DNA from: Flectonema sp. DT1601
Taxonomy: Eukaryota
Direction: 5' to 3'
Assembly: GCA_964019425.1 (NCBI GenBank)
Contig: OZ025803.1
Span: 930,001 to 994,000, forward strand
Length of the DNA: 64,000 nucleotides
A program made the position numbers and the translations under genes. The notes under the pieces were generated by a model, which had not been told where the DNA came from, ran no database searches, and saw only the letters and a list, made by a program, of their open reading frames with translations. This document shows, piece after piece, positions 49,788-60,680 of the stretch (within the stretch, counting starts at the first letter, position 1; the number at the start of each line of letters is the position of its first letter).

Positions 49788-50129
49788 AAAGAATATTAAA
49801 AAAAAAAAAATAAAAAAAGAATATTTGTAGTTCATAGTTTACCTTTGATTTTATAACTTCACACAGGGTACTATGAACGATGAGAGATCCAGTGGGATCA
49901 CTCAGGGTCTAGTAGAGACCACCAATGTTGTGCATTGATAGGCAAGGTGACCAACCTTGACATTCTTTCTTTTCTCTCCTGTTGTGACAAACGCAAAATA
50001 CACACACAGCTTACAGTGTGTTCTTTGTGTATGTTTTCTTCAGGTGTGAGTAGTTTTTTTGTTCTTGCTCTTCAGGGAGGGCCTTAGCCAAAAGCTAACA
50101 GTCCAAATCTCACCTGGAAATTCAACTCA

Positions 50130-50472
50130 ACAATGTTATCATTGTTTTTTTTTATCGTTCGACTTTGTCGACTAATTTCTATTTTCCGTTTTTTTCTTTA
50201 AAAAATAAATAAAAAGAATTTAAAATAAAAAAAAGAATAAACAATGTTATCATTGTTTTTTTTATCGATCGACTATGTCGATTACTTTCTATTTTCCGTC
50301 CTGGTCAAGACGCTAAACTGATTGTTTTTTTTTCAAAATTAATAAAAAAGAATATAAAAAAAAAAAATAAAAAAAAGAATAACCAATGTTATCATTGTTT
50401 TTTTTTTATCGTTCGACTTTGTCGACTAATTTCTATTTTCCGTTTTTTTCTTTAAAAAATAAAAAGAATTTA
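50130..50472. repeat. Palindromic satellite block
   Basis: Same units as 37313-37795, including the short variant. Confidence 0.9.
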
Positions 50473-50583
50473 GGGAAAACCCCTAATTCCACAAAAATAG
50501 TTTGCGAAATCGCCAACTCATCACAAAAATTTTAACCGCTCGAAACAACCCAACATGACGGGAAAATTTTCAGAATTTTCTGA

Positions 50584-50661
50584 GCTCCGGTGGTCTACTG
50601 GTTATGACCGCCGAATCATGACCCGGAGGTCTCGGGTTCGAACCCCGTGACATCCTTTTTT
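50584..50661 (+). pseudogene. tRNA-like sequence with Pol III A/B boxes and T-run terminator (tRNA pseudogene or SINE head)
   Basis: A box TGGTCTACTGG 50591-50601, B box GGTTCGAACCC 50635-50645, T arm pairs, T-run follows. Acceptor and anticodon stems do not pair. Confidence 0.6.
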
Positions 50662-50887
50662 CTCTTTTTCGTAATGACGGAAAATGTGACCAAAACATAG
50701 TCAAAGGGCGGATTGATCACCTACTGGTCGAGTTGAGACATATTCCCGTTGCAATAAATCACCAAGACCCCTCCCGTGTGATCGATCACTTTAAAATGTT
50801 ACTGTGCAGTTCACCAGTGAGACTAAGACCTCCAACCAAAATTCACCAGACTTCAAGTTCCAAATTAGGTAATTTTTGTCAGGCATA

Positions 50888-51180
50888 CTGTAAAGGGAAA
50901 TATTCTCGCGGGGAAATATTCTCGCGGGGAAATATTCTCGCGGATTTGGGGATTTTTTTTCAAACTCGCGGGTTTTTCCCCACAAGAATATTTCCCTGCC
51001 ACAGAGGATTTCTGCTGTAAGAAATATTTCCCTGCAACAAAAAAAATTTATTGCAGAGTTTATGTAAAGATTATTATTTTTATGTCCTGCATCAAGTGCA
51101 ATCAAGGTTGGAACCAAAAGTTAAAGGAATTTATTTGAACTTAGCAAACAAAAACAAACATACCAAGGGAACAACTAGTA
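50888..51180 (+). mobile_element. Probable 5' end of a pogo-like DNA transposon
   Basis: TA|CTGTAAAGGG followed by 3x AAATATTCTCGCGG; 51121-51175 resembles the leader and start of the CENP-B-HTH ORF at 61283-61335. Confidence 0.5.
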
Positions 51181-51606
51181 ATGGTCCTAGTCAAGACCTT
51201 AAACTGACTAATCGGTCTTAACTTCAACTAAGTGAATGAACCCTTCCCGTTTTCCTTTTCCCTTTATTACTCTCTATCTGGTCTGTTATGTCATAAATCT
51301 CATTTAATTTTATCATTCATTTTAATTTTCACTGTTTCCCATCTACATTTTATTTTCAAATAGTTCCGGTCTGTCTTTAATTTTAAATAAAACCATTCAG
51401 ATTAACCTTATATTTCGTTGAACGCAGACAAAATCCTGTCGCACGGGGAAAATAAATCATGACCATAAGAAATAATCGGTTTTCAATCTGAATAGTTTCT
51501 TCTCCGACTACGTCGGTACAAAAACCATTCAGATTAACCTTATATTTCGTTGAACGCAGCTCATGACCATAGGGACCGCAAAGCGGAAAGAAAGAGAAAG
51601 AACATT

Positions 51607-53352
51607 TCACTCGAAGAACTTACATTGCTGAGGTAAACTAGGAAGGCTGATTCCCCCACCTGGCGCCTTGGTGCCCCGGGTGTACTCGTCCGCACGTTGA
51701 GAAGTGGTATCGACCCAGGTGCATCTCACTCGCAAATCAGCCGCGCCGGCTGTCTCATACAATGTGCACAACATCTCGTTCCCCATGAAGTTGGAGCTGT
51801 GGCCTTTGTTAATAGCAGCCACTGCCGCCGTGTTATCCACGCGCAAATCCAGAACGTGACCCGGCCGCAGTACCGCAGCCAGTCGAACCGCCTGGAGAGC
51901 GGCAAACATTTCCTTCAGGAATATATGATGTCTTGAAGGGGAGGGAAAACAGCCCTGAATCACTTCCTCCGGAACAATCTCCAGCACCGCCGCCCACTCC
52001 AAATCCGAAGCATCCGACCACGCAGTCACTTCGGGGTTGTCAGGGACAGCTGAAACCCAGTCGTTCCGTCGAAGCACATCCAAAACTCCCGCAAGCTCTC
52101 GCAATACTGACGGACAGAGTGGTAACGATTCGTCCCACCCGTCTGGCCTAGCTGCCATCTCTCTCCCAGCTCTCCTTACGAATGCCAGCGTCGATCGCAA
52201 GAAACACAAACGGCGTCCCGTCGTGTACCAAAACCATACCAAGCCACCGAAGACCCGGTAAAATTCCCTCGCCGTCACGGGGCGTCCCCCCATCATCCGT
52301 CCCAACGTCTCTGAGGATAACATCTTCTGGACCCAGTCTGGCGCCGATCGATAACGTTGCGGTGTGGCTGACAAATCAAATTCCAAACCCAGAGCCACGA
52401 AGTTCGACTTCGGTTCACCAAATCCTTCAGCATCACTCAGACGGGCACCAACGTAATCCGCCCTACGTTTGAATTCCGAGTAACGCTGCGCGGTCTCCTC
52501 CTCCGACTCTCCCACTACGAAGAAGTTGTCCACCCACGCCACACCATCTGACTCCGGGAGCAGAACCATCGCTGAACGATGCGCAATACACGGAGCCCAG
52601 CTCCACCCCATACACAGAGCCCGCAGCTTCGCACGCACGAAAGGACCTCTGGCGCCTCCCAAATTCACTCCGAAGTAATCGTCAACACCTCGTCCGAGAG
52701 GGAACTGGTAAAACCAACTCTTACCGTCGTCCTGAGCCACATAGCGTACAGAAAGGAAACGGGCTATCACCGATCGGATCCCAGGCAAAAGCATCGGTGG
52801 CGGTGGTCGCATCAGACGATTCAATTTTCTTCCATCACACACGAGTCGTAGCCCTCCCGAACTCTTCGGTACCGTGAACGCCGGAAGTACGACCTTCTGC
52901 TGGCTCGTTCGCTCCACCACACCCCACTTCTCCAAGTGTTCCAAATGCCTCATCATATGCCTCGAAGTACCACGGGACGCTGACCTGTCCGCCAACGCCT
53001 GCATCGCCTCAGGCAGAAATAAGGCCTCAAAAGCAGTTTCGTCTCGAATTACATCTAAGATTCCAGTCAAAATTCCTTCCGAGTCCAGCTCCACCAGTCT
53101 ATCTAAATCTAGTCGGGACTCTGAAATCGGAGCCAAATCACCCGCCTCCCTGTCAGAAGGAGGGGAGACGTGACGGCCTCCGACAGCTACGGTCGCCACT
53201 CCCGAGTACGTCAGCATCACGTCCGGTGCACCAGACTCCTCCCCCAAACTCCTCGCCCTTGGCGGAGGTGGCGGGGGATCCGGCACTTTGTACTTCACTT
53301 GCGGTTCCAGCAGAGCCCTTGGCTGAGCAGGAAACGCGGGACAAAACGGCAT
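51607..53352 (-). CDS. Reverse transcriptase-RNase H of family-3 element
   Basis: FTVPK..GLRLVCD, DGKSWFYQ, MGWSWAP, WVDN; RNase H motifs WSDAS, HIFLKEM, VDN, RADEYTR. The ATG overlaps the YR stop. Confidence 0.9.
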   Translation of the reverse strand: MPFCPAFPAQPRALLEPQVKYKVPDPPPPPPRARSLGEESGAPDVMLTYSGVATVAVGGRHVSPPSDREAGDLAPISESRLDLDRLVELDSEGILTGILDVIRDETAFEALFLPEAMQALADRSASRGTSRHMMRHLEHLEKWGVVERTSQQKVVLPAFTVPKSSGGLRLVCDGRKLNRLMRPPPPMLLPGIRSVIARFLSVRYVAQDDGKSWFYQFPLGRGVDDYFGVNLGGARGPFVRAKLRALCMGWSWAPCIAHRSAMVLLPESDGVAWVDNFFVVGESEEETAQRYSEFKRRADYVGARLSDAEGFGEPKSNFVALGLEFDLSATPQRYRSAPDWVQKMLSSETLGRMMGGRPVTAREFYRVFGGLVWFWYTTGRRLCFLRSTLAFVRRAGREMAARPDGWDESLPLCPSVLRELAGVLDVLRRNDWVSAVPDNPEVTAWSDASDLEWAAVLEIVPEEVIQGCFPSPSRHHIFLKEMFAALQAVRLAAVLRPGHVLDLRVDNTAAVAAINKGHSSNFMGNEMLCTLYETAGAADLRVRCTWVDTTSQRADEYTRGTKAPGGGISLPSLPQQCKFFE

Positions 53353-54305
53353 TACAACTCGGTTCCCAGCTTCCAGGATGTCTCGGCTGACTGCCTCGCT
53401 ACATGTGTCTTCCCGGCCGGAAGGTATCTCGCCAAGGCATCCAACGACGAGTGTCTGGAGAGCTGGCGTATCGATTCCAGGCCTACTCCCTCCAGCAGTA
53501 AAGTGTGCAGTGCGCCCCTCCTCAGCGAGTGTCCCGACAGGTCCTTCCCCTCTCGTCTCAGAGCCGCCACTACCTTTCGGTAAGAAGTGTCCAGCAGCAA
53601 ATCGCCCGGACTCAGTCCCGTCATTGCCGTCTGAAGCGCGTTCCTCCACTTGTCGGCCAGGTACAGTCCCGTAGTCCGTCCCAAGCGGAAGGGGTCTGAC
53701 TTCGTTTCCGACCAGTTCACCGCCACGTATTCTCGTTCCAGAGTGATGTCTCCCACCTTCAATCGGATCACATCGGACACCCTTGCCGCGCCCGCCCAGC
53801 ATAGTACGATCGCCAACTGTGTGTCCCTGTCTACTTCCTTCCGCACCGCCTCCATCACCTGCTCTCCCACGGCCGGTACCGCTTGACGTTGTGGACGGAG
53901 CGCGCCGGCTCTTTTTAAAGCTCTCACGTAATCGGTCAGCATCTGGCCTTCTACGATGGAAATTCCCGTCCTTCTCAATGCCGCTTGGGCCCGTCCTACG
54001 TATTCCAGCGCCGTTGAGTTCGAAATTGGACCCTCGGTCCGAGACCTCTGTCTCTCCACCCAGTAAATGATCGCCAGATCCCACGACAACAAGACTCCCG
54101 TCGTCGCGTGCCAACTGTTCCGAAACTGAATCAGCCGACGCTGTGCCGCCTCCAGCCCGCGCCACCTCGAGTGTGATAGTGCATTTCCCACCATCTGAAG
54201 AGCCGACTTCGTCACAGTCATCGCCTTCGGCTTCGTCACCTCCTCCTCCGTCATTCTCGGTCGACCCACGTCTCGCACCGACAATATTCCCAGTCCCTCT
54301 AGCAT
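53352..54305 (-). CDS. Tyrosine recombinase of family-3 element
   Basis: AARVSD (R), TKSD (K), HSLRRG, SRH, ARYL. Start placed at MLEGL just after the gag stop. Confidence 0.9.
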   Translation of the reverse strand: MLEGLGILSVRDVGRPRMTEEEVTKPKAMTVTKSALQMVGNALSHSRWRGLEAAQRRLIQFRNSWHATTGVLLSWDLAIIYWVERQRSRTEGPISNSTALEYVGRAQAALRRTGISIVEGQMLTDYVRALKRAGALRPQRQAVPAVGEQVMEAVRKEVDRDTQLAIVLCWAGAARVSDVIRLKVGDITLEREYVAVNWSETKSDPFRLGRTTGLYLADKWRNALQTAMTGLSPGDLLLDTSYRKVVAALRREGKDLSGHSLRRGALHTLLLEGVGLESIRQLSRHSSLDALARYLPAGKTHVARQSAETSWKLGTEL

Positions 54306-54310
54306 TGAGG

Positions 54311-55525
54311 TCAGTGCCGACTCTTCGTTGCGGGGGGCCTCTGTACCGGTCTTTGCGATGGCTTCTCCGTCTTCCCTTTTTTCACCCACATCTTCCGCAG
54401 AAAAGGTGGTACCGATGGCGCCACAAAGTGCGCATCTTCCATCTCCTGCGCCGCCGTCCAGCCTCCCCCCGTCACTCCTTCTCTCAATATCTCCAAACGG
54501 GCGATGTTCTCCTTCACCATGTCCCTGATGAGTCGTTCCGCTTCTTCCAGGTTGTCGATGGATGGTAACCTTGCCATCACTGTGCCGAGCTCTCGCAATC
54601 TGGCGTGTGCTTCGTGCGCTTGGGGACGGGCGTGGGCTCCTGCTTTTGCCTCCACCAGCTCGCGGTAGTGTTCCCGCTGGTGGACGTGCACTAACGATAA
54701 GTGCTCGGCGCTTCCTTCCCACCAGGCGTCCACGTCGATCGACGCCAGACCGCCCATCAGCGGTCCCCTGGTGATTTCTTCCAGCTGATGATCGGAACCC
54801 ACTCCGCCGGTCAGGTGGGCTCCATCGTTTCCCGTCCTTAGGTTCAGCAACTGATCCTGCAACACTCTCTTCTCCTCCTCGTGGCGTATCTGCCGACGCA
54901 GTGAGGCCAGATCCTCCTCTTCGATTCCGGGAGCTTGTGCCTGTGTCGGTGCGGGTAATGGTGATGGTGCTGGTGCTGGTGCCGGTGCGGTCAGCTTCGC
55001 TGTACGTCTCTCCAGCTCTAGCTGGGCTCGTAATCCAGCCAACTCCTTCTCGTGCTTGGCCTCTAACTGGGCTGTCCTCACTGCCGCCTCCGCTTCGTTC
55101 ACCATCAGTCCACACTGGGCGCGGGCCGCATCTACCTGCCGTCCGGCTTGGGCCTCCGTCACCGCTACCCCCGCCTGGGCTCTGGCGTGGTCGACCTCTC
55201 TCCCCGCCATCGCCTGGGTCACGGCCACACCCGCCTGTGCCCGTACCGTCTCGATCTCCCTTCCCGCCTGCGCATAAGTAACGGCTTGTGAGGCCGCTGA
55301 GTTGGTCGCCGCAATCGCGGCGTTTCCTTCTGCGTATAACGCCCGGATTTCTCCGGCGGCTGCTGCTTCTGTCGCCCTCGTGTGTGCCTCGGCGGTGTGG
55401 GCGGCTATCGCGGCCTGGGCCACGAGTACCGTGTTATCCACGGCCGACTGGGGTGCTAGTTGGGGCTGGCCCCTTCCGGCTCCAGCCGACAATTGCAGCA
55501 CTGTATTTGGGTTGACTCCTGGCAT
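54311..55525 (-). CDS. Gag-like ORF1 of family-3 element, Ala-rich with 20-aa repeats
   Basis: First ORF after A1; 3x AQAGREVDxARAQAGVAVT-like repeats and a coiled coil. The gag label is by position only. Confidence 0.7.
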   Translation of the reverse strand: MPGVNPNTVLQLSAGAGRGQPQLAPQSAVDNTVLVAQAAIAAHTAEAHTRATEAAAAGEIRALYAEGNAAIAATNSAASQAVTYAQAGREIETVRAQAGVAVTQAMAGREVDHARAQAGVAVTEAQAGRQVDAARAQCGLMVNEAEAAVRTAQLEAKHEKELAGLRAQLELERRTAKLTAPAPAPAPSPLPAPTQAQAPGIEEEDLASLRRQIRHEEEKRVLQDQLLNLRTGNDGAHLTGGVGSDHQLEEITRGPLMGGLASIDVDAWWEGSAEHLSLVHVHQREHYRELVEAKAGAHARPQAHEAHARLRELGTVMARLPSIDNLEEAERLIRDMVKENIARLEILREGVTGGGWTAAQEMEDAHFVAPSVPPFLRKMWVKKGKTEKPSQRPVQRPPATKSRH

Positions 55526-56084
55526 AGTTGTTTTTTCGTTGAACGCAGACAAAATCCTGTCGCACGGGGAAAATAAATCATGACCATAAGAAATAATCGG
55601 TTTTCAATCTGAATAGTTTCTTCTCCGACTACGTCGGTACAAAAACTGATCATGTTAACTCAATATTTTTTCTTATGTGCAAGAGATACCAACACGCAAG
55701 AGATACCAACGCACATACGAGATACCAGCACTTCCGAGATACCGACACAAAAGAGATACCAAGACACTTAAGATACCAGCAAGGACAGTGAGAGGTAGAA
55801 TGAACCCTCCTCCTTGTGTCCGATCCTGATTATTTTTTGTTGAATTGGTAGTGTTACCTCAGTTTGCTACTCTCGTATCTGTGTTGTGTTAACTCATGTA
55901 AGTGATCTTAACTCCTGTTAAATAAAAAAAAAAAAAAAAAAAAAAAGAAATTAAAAAAGAAGAATTTTCAAATGAAGTTATATCAACCCCTGCCACCCAT
56001 TATGATCAATTCTGCTTGTTTTTTTTTTTTTTTTCTTTCTTTTCTTCAAATATAAAAAAAAAAATTAAAAAATACAAAAGATGA

Positions 56085-57603
56085 AACAATGTTATCATTG
56101 TTTTTTTTATCGATCGACTATGTCGATTACTTCCAGTTTTCCGTCCCGGTCAAGACGCTAAACTGATTGTTTTTTTTTTTTAAAAAAATTAATAAAAAGA
56201 ATATAAAAAAAAAAAAAGAATAAACAATGTTATCATTGTTTTTTTTTTTATCGATCGACTATGTCGATCACTTTCTATTTTCCGTCCTGGTCAAGACGCT
56301 AAACTGATTGTTTTTTTTTTCAAAATAAAAAAATATTAAAAAAAAATAAAATAAAAAAAAAGAATAAACAATGTTATCATTGTTTTTTTTTTTATCGTTC
56401 GACTTTGTTGACTAATTTCTATTATCCGTTTTTTTTTCTTTAAAAAATAAATAAAAAGAATTTAAAATAAAATAAAAAAAGAATAAACAATGTTATCATT
56501 GTTTTTTTATCGATCGACTATGTCGATCACTTTCTATTTTCCGTCCTGGTCAAGACGCTAAACTGATTGTTTTTTTTTTCAAAATTAATAAAAAAGAATA
56601 TAAAAAAATACAAAAAAAGAATAAACAATGTTATCATTGTTTTTTTTTTATCGTTCGACTTTGTCGACTAATTTCTATTTTCCGTTTTTTTTTCTTTAAA
56701 AAATAAATAAAAAGAATTTAAAATAAAAAAAAAAGAATAAACAATGTTATCATTGTTTTTTTATCGATCGACTATGTCGATTACTTTCTATTTTCCGTCC
56801 TGGTCAGGACGCTAAACTGATTGTTTTTTCTTTAAAAATAAATAAAAAGAATTAAAAAAAAAAAAAGAATAAACAATGTTATCATTGTTTTTTTATCGAT
56901 CGACTATGTCGATTACTTTCTATTTTCTGTCCTGGTCAGGACGCTAAACTGATTGTTTTTTTTTCAAAATTAATAAAAAAGAATATAAAAAAATACAAAA
57001 AAAGAATAAACAATGTTATCATTGTTTTTTTTTTATCGTTCGACTTTGTCGACTAATTTCTATTTTCCGTTTTTTTTTTCTTTAAAAAATAAATAAAAAG
57101 AATTTAAAATAAAAAAAAAGAATAAACAATGTTATCATTGTTTTTTTTATCGATCGACTATGTCGATCACTTTCTATTTTCCGTCCTGGTCAAGACGCTA
57201 AACTGATTGTTTTTTTTTCAAAATTAATAAAAAAGAATATAAAAAAAGTACAAAAAAAAAAGATTAAACAATGTTATCATTGTTTTTTTTTATCGTTCGA
57301 CTTTGTCGACTAATTTCTATTTTCCGTTTTTTTTTTTCTTTGAAAAATAAATAAAAAGAATTTAAAATAAAAAAAAAAGAATAAACAATGTTATCATTGT
57401 TTTTTTTTATCGATCGACTATGTCGATTACTTTCTATTTTCCGTCCTGGTCAAGACGCTAAACTGATTGTTTTTTTTTTTTCAAAATAAAAAAAATATTA
57501 AAAAAAAAAAAAAATAAAAAAAAAAGAATAAACAATGTTATCATTGTTTTTTTTTATCGTTCGACTATGTCGACTAATTTCTATTTTCCGTTTTTTTTTT
57601 TCT
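56085..57603. repeat. Palindromic satellite array with alternating long and short units
   Basis: About 13 units of the same monomer. Confidence 0.95.
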
Positions 57604-57607
57604 TTAA

Positions 57608-59739
57608 CCCTCTAATAAGAGGCCAAAAACCCTGTTTTTGAGAAAAATTGAAAAAATTGACAAAGGGGAAAAGGGGTGTGGGGGAAAATACAAAAAAATT
57701 ACAGGGTGAAAGACACCCCCCCGCGCATTGAAAAAACACCGAGGTCAGCCCGCAAGGGGGCGAAAAGAAATTGGGAAAATGCAACAACAACCTAAAAAAA
57801 CACTGTTACTTAAGACCCCTGGGTTCGCTTTGATTTTGGCGATTTTGTAGGAGTAGAGTGCTTCCGTTTCACGTTTTTTGGTGGGGTATGACTGTCCGTA
57901 GCAAAGGTATGGTTGTTGCAAGCAGGTGCTGAAAACTTGTCAATATTCTCGTGATATTGTTCGAAGCAGGGATCAATGCATAAGAAAACCCCACATTTTG
58001 AACAGTAAATCGTTGACCTCACTCTTTTTGAAGAACAAATTCGTGAACTGCAGTAGGCACAGTCCCTAGAAGTATCGGACCTGCGTGGGTAGTGACCTTC
58101 TGTGCGAGTTTGGGGTGTTCTGCTATCAATAAGTTGAGAACACAGCCTACTCTTGAACTGAGTATATGTCCCGACGTCTTTTCCAGACTTCTTTTGAAGG
58201 GTGAAAACGTTGAAAATAGAAATCTCTAACAAGTAGTGAAAGACTTTCAGGGTCCAGCGTTTTGTCATCAGAGTTCTTTTTGCCTTCCCCTTGATACTGT
58301 CTACGAGGTCAACACCACCCATTAGTTTGTTGTATTGATGGATCTGTACCGGTAAGTCAATTTTGACCTTTTGCTGGATATTCTTTACTTTTGTCCAACG
58401 TGTGGCTGTCACATAACCTTTCTTGAGAGGCAATGTGCTGAAGACATGAACCTCTTTTGAGTTGTCCCTAAACTTTATGTGCTGCACATTGTGCTGGGAC
58501 TCCAGGTACGAGGCAGAGAACTTCTCCATCCGTCCCTGCACCTCCTCCTTTCTTTGTCTACCAGGCCCGGGGGTTGACTTTCGCTTCGTGACTTCAGGTA
58601 CACCTCTCCTGTTTCTCCTTACTGTGCCGACACAGTGGAAACCACGATCGTACATGTCCACGAAGAGTTGATAACTCGAATAGAAATTATCAAAGGCTAT
58701 CCATCTGCCTTGTTTCTCATACGGCTTGGTCAACTTTGTAACGTAGTCTGATGCTGTGTTCTTATTCCCCTGATGCAGCAGTATTTCCTGCACGTAGCCA
58801 GATTTCGACTCCGCCAAGACGTAAACCTTAATACCAAACCTAACTCTCTTTCTGGGTTCAAAGACTTTCATCCCTGCTGGGAGCTTACCTTTGGTGGGAA
58901 TCATACTCTCGTCAAGAGATAACTCTTTGTCTAGGTTATTAATCTCAGACCATTTGGGAACTATTGTGTCCAATAAGCTGCGGATTTTGTAGAGCTTGTC
59001 AGTTGGTTCAGGATTGGTAGCAGTGTAAAAATTTAAATTGGCTCGAATTTGGTGGAACCGATCTCGACTCATGCAGGAAGCAAAGTGGGGTGTGTACGCT
59101 GGGTCTGATGGACCGTGCCAGTATTCTGAGATATTTGGTTTATCACAAAGACTCATGAGGATATGGAGTCCTAAAAAGAGTTTGAGTTCAGCTACGTTAA
59201 GATTGAGTGCCTGATTGTAGTTGTTGCTGTAGTGCACAATCATCTTCATCACCGTTGGGGTGAACACAAGTTCAAATACCTGCAGTTCCTTCATCTTCTT
59301 CAGGTCTGACATGTTCCGCAGGGGCCTCCGAAACGTGTGCCGCTTTATCTTAGTGATTTTCTTGCTCCATTTCGGAGTGGAAATACTTTGCTCTATTGTA
59401 CTCTCGTCATCGCTCGAGCAAGACTCAGGAGCAACCAAATCTGGGATAGATGACCCTACTGAATCATTTTCGCTAGACATGGTTTTAGGGATATTAATTT
59501 TTGGCTGAAAAGATAGGATAGTCATGGGCAACCTGGCTAAGACTGTTCCCAGTGCAGAAAAAAAAAAATGAACTTTTTCTCAGAAAAAGCTGGTGATTTT
59601 TGCAGCTCGATCCCACATAAAATTTGTCGTTTTTTGGCAGCTCTGGCTCCACCCTTGTACTCAAAAGGTACATTTTTCCCCTTTGTCAAAAAAAAAAAAA
59701 CGCGAAAGGCCACTATAGTGGCCTTCAGGGCTTAAAGGG
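57608..59739 (-). mobile_element. piggyBac DNA transposon, apparently intact
   Basis: TTAA|CCCT...AGGG|TTAA; internal inverted motif ttgacaaaggggaaaa / ttttcccctttgtcaa; full transposase ORF. Confidence 0.95.
57810..59480 (-). CDS. piggyBac transposase
   Basis: DDD motifs LDESM, FDNFYSS, MGGVDLVD; C-terminal Cys-rich domain CAYC...CSKC...LCIDPCF..YH. Start placed at MSSEND. Confidence 0.95.
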   Translation of the reverse strand: MSSENDSVGSSIPDLVAPESCSSDDESTIEQSISTPKWSKKITKIKRHTFRRPLRNMSDLKKMKELQVFELVFTPTVMKMIVHYSNNYNQALNLNVAELKLFLGLHILMSLCDKPNISEYWHGPSDPAYTPHFASCMSRDRFHQIRANLNFYTATNPEPTDKLYKIRSLLDTIVPKWSEINNLDKELSLDESMIPTKGKLPAGMKVFEPRKRVRFGIKVYVLAESKSGYVQEILLHQGNKNTASDYVTKLTKPYEKQGRWIAFDNFYSSYQLFVDMYDRGFHCVGTVRRNRRGVPEVTKRKSTPGPGRQRKEEVQGRMEKFSASYLESQHNVQHIKFRDNSKEVHVFSTLPLKKGYVTATRWTKVKNIQQKVKIDLPVQIHQYNKLMGGVDLVDSIKGKAKRTLMTKRWTLKVFHYLLEISIFNVFTLQKKSGKDVGTYTQFKSRLCSQLIDSRTPQTRTEGHYPRRSDTSRDCAYCSSRICSSKRVRSTIYCSKCGVFLCIDPCFEQYHENIDKFSAPACNNHTFATDSHTPPKNVKRKHSTPTKSPKSKRTQGS

Positions 59740-59743
59740 TTAA

Positions 59744-60680
59744 AAAATAAATAAAAAGAATTTAAAATAAAAAAATAAAAAAAAAAGAATAAACAATGTT
59801 ATCATTGTTTTTTTATCGATCGACTATGTCGATCACTTTCTATTTTCCGTCCTGGTCAAGACGCTAAACTGATTGTTTTTTTTTCAAAATTAATAAAAAA
59901 GAATATAAAAAAATACAAAAAAAAGAATAAACAATGTTATCATTGTTTTTTTTTATCGTTTGATTTTGTCGACTAATTTCTATTTTCCGTTTTTTTTTCT
60001 TTAAAAAATAAATAAAAAGAATTTAAAATAAAATAAAAAGAATAAACAATGCTATCATTGTTTTTTTATCGATCGACTATGTCGATTACTTTCTATTTTC
60101 CGTCCTGGTCAAGACGCTAAACTGATTGTTTTTTTTTCAAAATTAATAAAAAAGAATATAAAAAAAATAAAAAAAAAAAGAATAAACAATGTTATCATTG
60201 TTTTTTTTTATCGTTCGACTTTGTTGACTAATTTCTATTTTCCATTTTTTTTCTTTTTAAAAATAAATAAAAAGAATTAAAAAACAAAAAAAAAAAGAAT
60301 AAACAATGTTATCATTGTTTTTTTTATCGATCGACTATGTCGATTACTTTCTATTTTCCGTCCTGGTCAGGACGCTAAACTGATTGTTTTTTCTTTAAAA
60401 ATAAATAAAAAGAATAAAAAAAAAAAAAAAAAGGAATAAACAATGTTATCATTGTTTTTTTTTTATCGATCGACTATGTCGATTACTTACTATTTTCCGT
60501 CCTGGTCAAGACGCTAAACTGATTGTTTTTTCTTTAAAAAATAAATAAAAAAAAAAAAAAAAAAAAAAAAAGAATAAACAATGTTATCATTGTTTTTTTT
60601 CTATCGATCAACTATGTCGATTAATTTCTATTTTCCGTCCTGATCGAGACGCTAAACTGATTGTTTCCTTTTTTTAAATA
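59744..60680. repeat. Palindromic satellite array (continuation after piggyBac)
   Basis: The monomer resumes in register after TTAA. Confidence 0.95.

Larger units (their letters stand above)
51393..55640 (-). mobile_element. Apparently complete YR retrotransposon (family 3; gag-YR-RT/RH; A1...B1-A2-B2 split direct repeats)
   Basis: A 55534-55640 equals 51413-51519; B 51525-51559 equals 51393-51427; three uninterrupted ORFs; A-tracts at both ends and at the B1/A2 junction. Confidence 0.93.

Noticed and set aside
50584..50655. Functional tRNA-Met
   Set aside because: Acceptor and anticodon stems cannot pair.
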